Shown: positions 10,704 through 19,545 of the stretch, piece after piece
How positions within the stretch are numbered: the first letter of the stretch is position 1
How the letters are laid out: each line of letters starts with the position of its first letter
IMG/VR virus record: IMGVR_UViG_3300001589_000046
Coordinates: 1-38,936 of that record
Length of the DNA stretch: 38,936 bases
Reading direction: 5' to 3' (one strand)
Origin: a virus
Taxonomy: Duplodnaviria > Caudoviricetes
Program-made: the position numbers and the translations under genes
The notes under the pieces: model-generated
The model's database searches: none
What the model saw: the letters and a program-made list of their open reading frames with translations, nothing else
What the model was told of the DNA's origin: nothing

Positions 10704-11010
10704 CTATTTATAGTTTGTTTTACCTTTATATGGTTGGGATTGTTTTGCAAATTCAGGAACATTAACTGATCCATCAGAATTTATTAAGTTTGTTTGGCCT
10801 TTTTTACCTTCAGATGCTTCTTTCATTTTTTTATTGGATGCTTGATAGTAATCATCTAATTCTTTCCAAGTAAATTTCCTTAACCAAATAGGCATATTAT
10901 ATATTGTATGCCAATCATATCCTCCATTACTATGGAAAACAATATTATGTATTTGTTTAAATAAACTAACTCTTACATTAGCTGCCTCACTAGACGTCAG
11001 GCCAAAAAAA
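10704..11010 (-). CDS. gp51-like second tail-assembly chaperone segment, probably made as a frameshift fusion with the upstream ORF
   Basis: LFKQIHNIVFHSNGGYDWHTIYNMPIWLRKF motif; no convincing start codon of its own; overlaps the end of the upstream ORF at a T7 run (11004-11010). Confidence 0.7.
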
Positions 11011-11718
11011 GTTGATGTTAATCGGGATGGATCTTCTGGATTGACTTCCTTCGGGAAAAAAAGACAGATCAACGTCTGGGGATATTTCTGATATATGTTT
11101 TCTTAAAGCTTTGGCATCTCGAGCTAATAATGCTTTATCAACATAATCTCTTATAAATTTTCTATCTCTTTCTTCATCAATAGAAGTAATAATATATTTT
11201 AAACGAGTAGAAAGTGTTGGGACATTATCTTTATATAATTTTTTTAAACCCTCTAATTCATTATCTATTTTCTTTTCATCGTGACCATTTAAAAGTTTCC
11301 AAGTAATTTCTGACTTTGTAAAAGGTAATGTAAATTTAAATTCATTTACTCCTTTAGTAAAATATTTTTCTTGTAAAGGTTTGTTATTAATTTCAGCTAA
11401 ATCTATTTTATGTGTTTTATTTATTGAAAAAAATTCATATTCACCACCATACCCTAAAACTCTTGCAGCAACCATAATAGCATTTTTATCTCCTGCTATT
11501 AAATCATCATATTTAATTTTAGTAATAATTAAAGCTTTAAGAAGTTTATCAATAACTATACCTTTCTCAATAAAAGATTGATTAGTTAATATATCCTCTT
11601 CTCTAGCAGTCATATATTTTATTTCTACTTTTCCACTAGATAATGGGTTATCTTCGGGGTATACTATTCCTTGTGAGGGTAAATCTACTGTTTCAGTAGG
11701 CATGTTAAATTCGGCCAT
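10990..11718 (-). CDS. T4 gp26-like baseplate hub / tail assembly chaperone
   Basis: MAEFNMPTETVDLPSQG...KVEIKYMTAREEDIL...INFFWPDV. Start placed at ATG 11718, not 11787, because the longer version runs through a terminator and the promoter motif. Confidence 0.8.
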   Translation of the reverse strand: MAEFNMPTETVDLPSQGIVYPEDNPLSSGKVEIKYMTAREEDILTNQSFIEKGIVIDKLLKALIITKIKYDDLIAGDKNAIMVAARVLGYGGEYEFFSINKTHKIDLAEINNKPLQEKYFTKGVNEFKFTLPFTKSEITWKLLNGHDEKKIDNELEGLKKLYKDNVPTLSTRLKYIITSIDEERDRKFIRDYVDKALLARDAKALRKHISEISPDVDLSFFPEGSQSRRSIPININFFWPDV

Positions 11719-11763
11719 AATCTTTATTGGTTTGTAACTATATTTATTATACATATGTAATAT

Positions 11764-11791
11764 AAAAAAAAGCTTGACCGAAGCCAAGCTA
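11764..11791 (-). terminator. Rho-independent terminator with C(UUCG)G loop downstream of the RadA-like gene
   Basis: Minus strand AGCTTGGC-TTCG-GTCAAGCT followed by a T run. Confidence 0.85.
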
Positions 11792-11818
11792 TTTTTAATT
11801 GTAAATAATAACTACTAG

Positions 11819-12622
11819 TTATATTGTCATATTTAAAGGCTCAGTAAATAACCACCCAACATGATTAGCTTGATCTAAGCTAAAATGTAATTTATTCATT
11901 TCTCCACCTCTACGATTTTTACTAAACCATATTGCTCTACCACCTTCAGCATTAAATTTCATATGCGCCATCGCGGTAATCATGTGTTTAAACCGGTTAC
12001 TACCAGCGAATTCTCCACCTTTGGTCACCTGCTGTATGATCATAAAATTAGTGTTTAATTTATTTAAATTTTCACCTTTATTATGTTTTTCAAATAAATT
12101 TAATAATTGAGTTTCTGCATTTTTCATTGTACCTCCATGAAAATCTTGAATAGCAACTGCAAGTTCAGCAAACGAATCTACTAAAACTGAGTCCCAACCT
12201 TCGCTTAAAATTGATTTTAAAATAACTAATGGGTCATTTTCGATCCAGTCACCCATAAATAAAATAGGCAATTGACCAAATTTAGGAAATCTTTTAACCA
12301 TTCCCACCATATCAATTTGTGTCATTTCACCTGAGATAAATAATACTTTATTGCCCTTATTTTTCATATTAGCAAGCATGTCTAATAATACAGTTGTTTT
12401 ACCAACTCCAGGATCACCAACAAATGCTACATTAGTACCTTTCATCATTCCACCTTCACTTGAAAGTAAATTATCAATTTTAGTTCCTGTTTTCATAGGA
12501 ATAAATAATTGAGGATCAAATTTAAAATCATCCATTTTCATTGTGTTTGGTTTAAATCTTTTAACAATTTTACCAATTTTTCGACTTGGACGACCTCTTT
12601 TAATTTTTACTACATTTGACAT
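11819..12622 (-). CDS. Stand-alone RadA/Sms-like RecA-fold ATPase
   Basis: Walker A GDPGVGKTT, LFISGEM, Walker B VLVDS, QVTKGGEFAGSNRFKHM and KNRRG (RadA KNRFG). Lacks the C4 zinc finger and the Lon-like domain. Confidence 0.85.
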   Translation of the reverse strand: MSNVVKIKRGRPSRKIGKIVKRFKPNTMKMDDFKFDPQLFIPMKTGTKIDNLLSSEGGMMKGTNVAFVGDPGVGKTTVLLDMLANMKNKGNKVLFISGEMTQIDMVGMVKRFPKFGQLPILFMGDWIENDPLVILKSILSEGWDSVLVDSFAELAVAIQDFHGGTMKNAETQLLNLFEKHNKGENLNKLNTNFMIIQQVTKGGEFAGSNRFKHMITAMAHMKFNAEGGRAIWFSKNRRGGEMNKLHFSLDQANHVGWLFTEPLNMTI

Positions 12623-12650
12623 AACCTTGATTTTTATTATTATTTACGGT

Positions 12651-12684
12651 GTGAATATACGAAAAATATCCAGGGTAACCAAAT
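12651..12684 (-). promoter_or_regulatory. Bacteroidota-like promoter (TTTG ... CGTATATTCAC) for the RadA-like gene
   Basis: Minus strand TTTGGTTACCCTGGATATTTTTCGTATATTCAC; resembles the TTTG(-33)/TAnnTTTG(-7) architecture. Confidence 0.55.
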
Positions 12685-12701
12685 TTTTTACGCGAAAAGG
12701 A

Positions 12702-12729
12702 AAAAAAAAGCTTGACCGAAGTCAAGCTA
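12702..12729 (-). terminator. Rho-independent terminator with C(UUCG)G loop downstream of the tail tube gene
   Basis: Minus strand AGCTTGAC-TTCG-GTCAAGCT plus T run; 27/28 identical to 11764-11791. Confidence 0.85.
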
Positions 12730-12753
12730 ATTTTATCAGGGGTGGGTAAAATT

Positions 12754-13242
12754 TTAAAAATTCAATACACAATAATCTGGTTGAACTGTCATTGATAATT
12801 CTACAGCAGTACTTTCAGTATCCCAATTATAATCACCAAAACTAGCTTCGGTAATCATTGCTCCTTTAATGATCCATTCTGATACAATGTCACCTACAGG
12901 ACCTAATACATTAACTGTAAGGTCTTTTTTATAGAAATCACTATACCCATCACGACCTGTTACAGATTCATGATGTAAACGAACCCACTCCATAACGGCT
13001 TGAGCACCAGATGGAGTTACAGGATCAAATAAAGTAAATGAAATTGTGTTCCATACTGTTTTTCCTTTTACATATCTTTGTACATTCATATGATTTAAAG
13101 GTACTGAACCTTGCGTTAGTGAAACAGCCCCTACTCCTTTCATTATGTAAGAAGGGAATCCATCAACAAATAGTATAAATCTATTTGCCTGTTTTGGCTC
13201 AAAAGCTGTGAAAAATATTTCGTTTGGGTTTAATACTGCCAT
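12754..13242 (-). CDS. gp19: Tail tube protein (T4 gp19 family)
   Basis: 162 aa immediately after the sheath; FEPKQANRF, KGKTVWNTISFTLFDP, YKKDLTVNVLGPVGDIVSEWIIKGA. Confidence 0.92.
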   Translation of the reverse strand: MAVLNPNEIFFTAFEPKQANRFILFVDGFPSYIMKGVGAVSLTQGSVPLNHMNVQRYVKGKTVWNTISFTLFDPVTPSGAQAVMEWVRLHHESVTGRDGYSDFYKKDLTVNVLGPVGDIVSEWIIKGAMITEASFGDYNWDTESTAVELSMTVQPDYCVLNF

Positions 13243-13284
13243 TTTATTATCTTATTTTATTATAAATATTTATCTTTTTAGTTT

Positions 13285-15063
13285 TTATGCTGGGAATGTT
13301 GCTCCAGTTGGTAATACATTGAAATCTAATATAATAAATTCAGCTGTTTTAGTTGGTTGTAAGAAAATTTGTCCAATTAACTCATTTCTATCTATAACAT
13401 CTGGTGTATTATTACTTTCGTCCATTACTACCTTAAATGCATATAATCCTTGTCTTTGCTGAACACTTTCTAAGTAAGGATTTACTTGTGTCAAGAAATT
13501 CTGTCTTGTTGCTATTGTATTTTGTTCAAATACTAAGTTATCAGAAATCTGTGAAATATAATCCTTAAGTGTTATTAACAATCTTCTAACATTTATTCTA
13601 TCTAATGCTGAAGCTGCTTTTTGTAATGTTTTCTGTCCAAATACTACTACTCCTTGTCCTGGGAATGTAGCTATTGGGTTAACATTTGCTTCATATAAAG
13701 TATCTCTATTATTAGAAGTTAATTTTCTTTCAGCTTTTACAACTTGTCCCATTCCTCCTCTAGTAATACCCGCTGGTGCAAACCATGGGTCTGATGATGC
13801 ATCTGTGAATGCATATACTCCAGGAATAAATGTGGATGGTGGAACAAAAACCATTTGCCCTGTATTTGGATCTATTGTTTGAACCCAAGGCCAGTAAGTA
13901 GCTGCGTAACTTGAATCAAATCCTGAGGATTGATTTATTACAGTTGCTATTGCTTGGTTATATCTAACTAAATCTAAAACAAAAATACTATCACCTCTAG
14001 CAATTGTATTATTTACTAAGGATGTTATTGGTGTTGCTGTTATTTGGTTAGTTAATCCAGGTACTGATATTACATTGTATTGGTAATCATCTACATTACC
14101 CATTAAAGCAATTGCTGTTGTATAATCATCTGCTATTAAACCTTGTGTATTTGCAGCTCCACTTGTTCCATCAATTAATTCATAGAATAAATTTGGTCCC
14201 TTTGTAGATATATTTGAACCTGCTCCAGCTCCAAATGATCCTCCATAACTACCAGAACCTACTACAGGTAATGATCCTGTATATTCATCTTTTGCAGATC
14301 CATCATTATTAAAATACTCTGGGGTTGCATAATTTACTTGTTTTACTCTAATATAATTTGAAATATTATTATATGATCCTGAGTCTTGAATAAATGTATC
14401 TGTTCCTTCTGTTATTACAGTTGTAGTCATATTTCCAATTGCTCTTTCAATATAATTTGAAGCAAAAGGATCTAATGAAATATTATTATATTGTTCTAAT
14501 ACTACTTTTTGGTTTTGAGTATCATTACCTCTTCTAACTAATAATGAAAATACACCGGATGCTGTATTAGTAGCTGCTATTTCCCATCTAACGTTATTAG
14601 CTGAACCACTTAATAATTGTCCATTTGTTCCGTCTGCCGGAGCTCCAGAAGCCATAGATCCTGTTGTATTCATTATCTCACCTTGTGAAATAGTTTCTAA
14701 TACAAAAGGAGCTAATCCTGTAGTAGGACCACCTGATCCTGTTTCCATTAATGAACTTGTAGCAGGAGCCCAAGTTGCCGAAGCTGATACCACACGTGTT
14801 ACTAATAATGATTCGCCACCATTTTGAAAATATTGGTTTGCTGCTATAGAAGTTAAGTAAGTAAATTGACCTGACCCACTTTTAAGAGCTCCACCAAAAA
14901 TTGCTTGGAAGGAACTAAACGAACTAACGTATGTTGGTCTTTCAACTGGTCCTAATACTGTTGGTCCAATTATAGATGCGCCTCTAACTACAGGTTGAGA
15001 TGTAACAAAGGATTGATCATTTTCTCTTGCTAATACTCCAGGAGATATTAATGTTTCTGCCAT
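13285..15063 (-). CDS. gp18: Contractile tail sheath protein (T4 gp18 family)
   Basis: ISPGVLAREND N-terminus; YAATYWPWV, WFAPAGITRG, NPIATFPGQG...GQKTLQ...DRINVRRL, FEQN, NNTPDVIDRN, QPTKTAEFI. Confidence 0.96.
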   Translation of the reverse strand: MAETLISPGVLARENDQSFVTSQPVVRGASIIGPTVLGPVERPTYVSSFSSFQAIFGGALKSGSGQFTYLTSIAANQYFQNGGESLLVTRVVSASATWAPATSSLMETGSGGPTTGLAPFVLETISQGEIMNTTGSMASGAPADGTNGQLLSGSANNVRWEIAATNTASGVFSLLVRRGNDTQNQKVVLEQYNNISLDPFASNYIERAIGNMTTTVITEGTDTFIQDSGSYNNISNYIRVKQVNYATPEYFNNDGSAKDEYTGSLPVVGSGSYGGSFGAGAGSNISTKGPNLFYELIDGTSGAANTQGLIADDYTTAIALMGNVDDYQYNVISVPGLTNQITATPITSLVNNTIARGDSIFVLDLVRYNQAIATVINQSSGFDSSYAATYWPWVQTIDPNTGQMVFVPPSTFIPGVYAFTDASSDPWFAPAGITRGGMGQVVKAERKLTSNNRDTLYEANVNPIATFPGQGVVVFGQKTLQKAASALDRINVRRLLITLKDYISQISDNLVFEQNTIATRQNFLTQVNPYLESVQQRQGLYAFKVVMDESNNTPDVIDRNELIGQIFLQPTKTAEFIILDFNVLPTGATFPA

Positions 15064-15119
15064 TTTCTTATGTTATTTAATATTATTTTATTATAAATAT
15101 TAAAAACCTTTTCAAAAAA

Positions 15120-15374
15120 CTATTTTACTAAAGTAATTTCTCCAGTTTCTAGGTTAATGTTTCCATCACCATATTTTTTCTGTAATTCTTTAGCCGTTTT
15201 ATTAGATTCTTCTTGCAAATCCGCTAGTTTATCAAGAATACTATTTCGTTGTCCTTCTAAAATTGCTCTTTGAATATCTACAGAACCTAAATTAAGGGTT
15301 ATTCCTTTATTTTTTTCTTGATATCCTTTAAGTTTTTCAAGTTCCTCTTTTGATAATTTGATTATTTCACTCAT
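15120..15374 (-). CDS. Small coiled-coil hypothetical protein (possible fibre/tail chaperone)
   Basis: 84 aa with heptad pattern, ends KYGDGNINLETGEI; has its own TATTTATA motif at 15387-15394. Confidence 0.7.
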   Translation of the reverse strand: MSEIIKLSKEELEKLKGYQEKNKGITLNLGSVDIQRAILEGQRNSILDKLADLQEESNKTAKELQKKYGDGNINLETGEITLVK

Positions 15375-15398
15375 GATTACTACTGTTATAAATATTAA

Positions 15399-16328
15399 TT
15401 AAACTTTAAAAAAATTATAGTAAGTTAAAATTTTACTTAATTCAGATTTACTTACTATTGTTTCATAGCTAGAAAATTCATTTTGTATAGAATCTTCTGC
15501 TATATTTTTATAATGCATATAAAATACATCATTTTCTTTACTATAAAATGTTCTTGGAGCCTCTTCTTTTGATATCATTATTTCATGTATTTTTTCTGAT
15601 ATTCTAGGCTTACCTATTTTGTACTTTAGTCCAAATTTCTTATTATATATTTCAAATAAATCTTTTACTTTAAAGGATTTTAAATTGGGTATTATATTAA
15701 ATCCACTAACTTTTAATCCCTCTTCTATTAAATCCATTGCGTCTTTAATATTAATCATAAAACGTGTCATTTCTTCAGAATATAAAGTAAGTTTATAATT
15801 TTTATTTATAGCATCCCAAATTAAAGGAATAATACTACCCGTTGAATTTAAAACATTACCATAAATAGCAGATGATAACCTTACATTTGATTTTTCAGCA
15901 TTTACTATAAAGGATTCACCCGCTATAAATTTCATAGAACCATATAAAGTTGTTGCCGAACGAGATTTATCTGATGATATAAAGCATGCTGATTTAAAAT
16001 TATTTTCTTCTGCTGCTCTTCTTGAATTAATAGACCCATTAATTAATACTTTAACTCCTTCTTCTACATTTTGATCTACAGCCTCTATTTGTTTTAATGA
16101 AGCAGCAAAAATACCAATAGTATGCCCTTTAGAAGACCTTTTTAATAAATCAAAATTACGAACATCTCCTATAACACAGTTAATATTTGGAAATCTTTTT
16201 TTAAGGTAATAATGTTTAGCTTCATCTCTAGAATATACAGTTATTTCATTATTATTATAATAACGAGCTACTAAATTAGAACCTAAATAACCAGCACCAC
16301 CAGTTATAAATATTTTTTCTCCATTCAT
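15399..16328 (-). CDS. UDP-GlcNAc 4,6-dehydratase-like SDR enzyme (PseB/FlaA1/CapD; Polysacc_synt_2 family)
   Basis: ITGGAGYLG, YSRDEAK, GDVR, AASLKQI, ISSDK...LYGSMK, YGNVLNSTGS, MTRF, EKIHE. Confidence 0.88.
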   Translation of the reverse strand: MNGEKIFITGGAGYLGSNLVARYYNNNEITVYSRDEAKHYYLKKRFPNINCVIGDVRNFDLLKRSSKGHTIGIFAASLKQIEAVDQNVEEGVKVLINGSINSRRAAEENNFKSACFISSDKSRSATTLYGSMKFIAGESFIVNAEKSNVRLSSAIYGNVLNSTGSIIPLIWDAINKNYKLTLYSEEMTRFMINIKDAMDLIEEGLKVSGFNIIPNLKSFKVKDLFEIYNKKFGLKYKIGKPRISEKIHEIMISKEEAPRTFYSKENDVFYMHYKNIAEDSIQNEFSSYETIVSKSELSKILTYYNFFKV

Positions 16329-17509
16329 GGGTTAATAATTTTTAATTCTGGGAAGGGAATAATATAAGGAATATTTAAATGTTTAGTTTTTTCTATTATC
16401 ATATCAGAAAAATTCCAAGCAAAAATTAAAATATAGTCCGCTTCACCTATTTTAGATGGGGGCAATATACGAATTTTCCCATTGGAAGTCAACCTATTAT
16501 ATCTTTCTGGTGATTCATCTATGATATAGTCGATATAAATTTCATCTAAATTTAAAGTACCTACAACTACATTAGCCCTACCAGAAGCACCATAACCTAT
16601 TATTTTTTTATCTTTATTATTATCTAAAAATGTTTTTAAATTAGATAATGCTTTTTCAATTGATAAAGAAAAGTTACTTAAATCCTTATATTCTTTTTCA
16701 CTTTCTATTAACTCTTCTACTATACTATTAACCTTAACATTTAAATCTTTAGTTGCAATTACTCTAATTGACCCTGAATGTATTGGTACCCTTTCAACAT
16801 CGATTATTTTAAGATTATGTTTAGAAAGTAAAGTTTTTAAACTCGTAATAGTATAATAATATAAATGTTCATGGTACATAAAATCAAACTGAAATTTATC
16901 AACTAAATCAACTAAATATTGTACTTCAATTATAAACTTACCATCCTTTTTTAAAGTTTGTTCAACTCCTTTAACAACTGAGTTAATATCTGTTATATGA
17001 GCAAAAGTATTACTTGCTAAAACATAATCAAATTTATTTTCCCACCTATTATCTTCAACAAATTTACTATTAAAGAAATCATTTTCAATATTTAATCCCT
17101 TTTTTCTACCTAATTCTACAATATTAGTAGCAGGATCAATACCTATGGTATTATGTATCCCTCTATATTTTAATGCATCTAGTAAAGGACCATCATTACA
17201 ACCAAATTCTAACACATTATCAATAGGTTTTACACCTTCTTTACTAACTAACCAATCAGCATATGAATTAAAATGTTTTTGCATGCCAACTGATGAAATG
17301 TATCTATAATCTTTAAACAATACTTTAGGTTCAATTAAAGTATCAGTTTGAACTAACCCACATTTTTTACATTTTATTATTTTTAAAGGAAAATATTCTA
17401 TATTTTGATTTTCTTTAGGAAAACTACCAGCTAATGGTATTTTACCAAAATCATATATTATATCAAATTTTCTTCCACTACACGAGGCACAACTTTTTCT
17501 ATTTTTCAT
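16325..17509 (-). CDS. NDP-hexose C-methyltransferase (TylC3/TcaB9-like; Zn-binding + SAM + C-terminal domains)
   Basis: CxxC (CASC) and CKKCGLVQ, EFGCNDG, GIDPA, NTFAHI, YHEHLYYY, HSGSIR, GYGASGRA, IFAWNF, IIPFP. Confidence 0.9.
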   Translation of the reverse strand: MKNRKSCASCSGRKFDIIYDFGKIPLAGSFPKENQNIEYFPLKIIKCKKCGLVQTDTLIEPKVLFKDYRYISSVGMQKHFNSYADWLVSKEGVKPIDNVLEFGCNDGPLLDALKYRGIHNTIGIDPATNIVELGRKKGLNIENDFFNSKFVEDNRWENKFDYVLASNTFAHITDINSVVKGVEQTLKKDGKFIIEVQYLVDLVDKFQFDFMYHEHLYYYTITSLKTLLSKHNLKIIDVERVPIHSGSIRVIATKDLNVKVNSIVEELIESEKEYKDLSNFSLSIEKALSNLKTFLDNNKDKKIIGYGASGRANVVVGTLNLDEIYIDYIIDESPERYNRLTSNGKIRILPPSKIGEADYILIFAWNFSDMIIEKTKHLNIPYIIPFPELKIINP

Positions 17510-18530
17510 CTAAATAATTTATAAAGGAGTAATTAGCTGATTTATATTCTTCTAACAAGTTTAAGTACTCATCTTTATATTCGATTCCTAATTTTTCTAT
17601 TTTAGGTAGATCTAAAATAATACTTTCACTTTCTTTTAACTTATATGTTTTATTATTTACTTTAATATTTAATTTTACTTTAACATCATAAATAAATAAT
17701 CTAGGTACCCAAGAATTTGATTTTAATTTTTTAAATGTATTGTCATTTTGTATAAATAACTTAAAATCTTCAGTATTACTTTTATTAAAAAGAGTAATAT
17801 CTTCAAATAACATTAAATCCTTAATATTATCAGGGTGTATTACATAATCAAAAACAGATATTAAATGTTTAAAATAATGTTCAGCATCTGTAAATTTATT
17901 ACCTTCAATATGAGGATGGGTATCTTTCATATAAAATTGTTTATCAAATAAAGATATTAATTTTTCTAAATGTTTTCTATCAAAAATATTTAACATAAAA
18001 CTAGGAAATCTATATCCTACTTCATTAAGATTATCTTCAACTCTTGATGTTAAAATAGGTATTGGGTTTTTTAAATCACCAATTATATTTTTAGTTAATT
18101 CTATATCATAATTTATAAAACTAAAATAATCATATTTAAATGAACTATCATATGTAGCCCATTTTCTCCCTTGAGTAGGTTCTTCTTCATATTTTTGAAG
18201 AGGTAAAGAAAAATTAGATGCTATAAAAATTTGATTAAAAGCTGTCCACCCATAATCATCAAGAACATTTTGTATTTTAATAGGTCTATTTTTGTGAGTA
18301 AAAGTTTTCCAAAAAGCTATGCCTCTATAAGGATAATTTAAAATTGGATTACTTTTATCAAAAATAGTATACTCTACTTTATTTTGTATTTCAATTGATA
18401 AAGGTAAGTGAGACACAACTAAAATGTCAAAACCATGACTTTTAATTTTGTTGATATTTTTATGTAATAGTTGTTCTTTTTTTTTACTATTACAATAACA
18501 AGTGATTATTACTAGATTATTGGTCGGCAT
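17499..18530 (-). CDS. Putative GT-A-like glycosyltransferase / glycan-modifying protein (paralog of 18517-19545)
   Basis: Shared N-terminus IITCYCN..KK...SH.P...SNPI and a NYD motif after a hydrophobic strand; embedded in the sugar operon. Confidence 0.5.
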   Translation of the reverse strand: MPTNNLVIITCYCNSKKKEQLLHKNINKIKSHGFDILVVSHLPLSIEIQNKVEYTIFDKSNPILNYPYRGIAFWKTFTHKNRPIKIQNVLDDYGWTAFNQIFIASNFSLPLQKYEEEPTQGRKWATYDSSFKYDYFSFINYDIELTKNIIGDLKNPIPILTSRVEDNLNEVGYRFPSFMLNIFDRKHLEKLISLFDKQFYMKDTHPHIEGNKFTDAEHYFKHLISVFDYVIHPDNIKDLMLFEDITLFNKSNTEDFKLFIQNDNTFKKLKSNSWVPRLFIYDVKVKLNIKVNNKTYKLKESESIILDLPKIEKLGIEYKDEYLNLLEEYKSANYSFINYLDEK

Positions 18531-19545
18531 AAGCTATTTCTATTGCTGAGTTGGCACTCAATTTAATTAATTCTTCTGGTATTTCCCAATCATTTATGAA
18601 AATTTTTAATCTTAAAGAAGGTTTATTTAATTCATCATATAATATAGGCATATAAATTAATTGATTATCTAATTTTTTATAAACAAAAGATTTATATACT
18701 AATTTATCATTAATAAATATTTTTACATCTAAATCTTCTAATATATCCCAAAAAAATAAAATTACTTTATCCGTTCCTCTTACTTCAGGGTCATTATCGA
18801 ACCATATTTTTTCTTGTCCTATAAACCATTTAAATTTATCTGTATTGTATTTAGCCCAAACATCCCCTTCCATTACAATGCTAGTTTTTATATTAGGTTC
18901 ATTTGGATTTTCTCCTTCCCATTTTTTTCTGGGGATTATTAAACTATTAATAGAATTAAATTTTTTAAATAAATAATTTTCAACTATAATTTCAGTTTTA
19001 ACATAATCAGTATAACTAATTGATTCTATATTTTCTATATATGGTTTTATTTTTAAAGCAAACCATGCCATATACATACTAGTATCATCATTTCCATATT
19101 TTAATATTATATTATCATATTTATTAAGATTTTTATTAAAATCATTAAACATTTTATCAGTAACTTCAAGATCATAATTTAAAACAATAGCTTCCTCATA
19201 TCCCATTCTACTAGCAAATAACAAACCTCTTTTAAATTGTTGTGCTGCTGCATAACCATAATCAACTGATAATGTATTTAATTTAAAGGGGATTGGATTA
19301 GATCTAAATTTATTTAATTTTTTCCAATTTATCATTGATTTATCCTTAACATTAGATATAGGGTTACTATAATCATATATTGAATAATCTACTAATAAGT
19401 GTATATCTTCTTCAATTGGATAGTGTGAAAATAAAATAATATCAATATTATATTTTTTAATATTAATAATAGTATTTTTTAATGCTTCTTTTTTTTCAGA
19501 AGTATTACAATAGGCAGTTACTAAAAAACAACGTTTATTTATCAT
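18517..19545 (-). CDS. Putative GT-A-like glycosyltransferase / glycan-modifying protein (paralog of 17499-18530)
   Basis: LVTAYCN..KK...SHYP...SNPI, DYG, LNYDLEV; overlaps both neighbours. Confidence 0.5.
   Translation of the reverse strand: MINKRCFLVTAYCNTSEKKEALKNTIINIKKYNIDIILFSHYPIEEDIHLLVDYSIYDYSNPISNVKDKSMINWKKLNKFRSNPIPFKLNTLSVDYGYAAAQQFKRGLLFASRMGYEEAIVLNYDLEVTDKMFNDFNKNLNKYDNIILKYGNDDTSMYMAWFALKIKPYIENIESISYTDYVKTEIIVENYLFKKFNSINSLIIPRKKWEGENPNEPNIKTSIVMEGDVWAKYNTDKFKWFIGQEKIWFDNDPEVRGTDKVILFFWDILEDLDVKIFINDKLVYKSFVYKKLDNQLIYMPILYDELNKPSLRLKIFINDWEIPEELIKLSANSAIEIAYADQ

Noticed and set aside
11719-11787. N-terminal extension MASVKLFF... of the gp26-like ORF, and the MICLFF... start of the 122-aa ORF
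   Set aside because: The first overlaps the terminator and promoter motif; the second is a weak non-ATG start inside the upstream gene and is better explained by frameshifting.
1012-15063. Extracellular contractile injection system or tailocin
   Set aside because: Scaffold, gp23-type capsid and neck genes are in the same operon, so this is a complete phage morphogenesis module.
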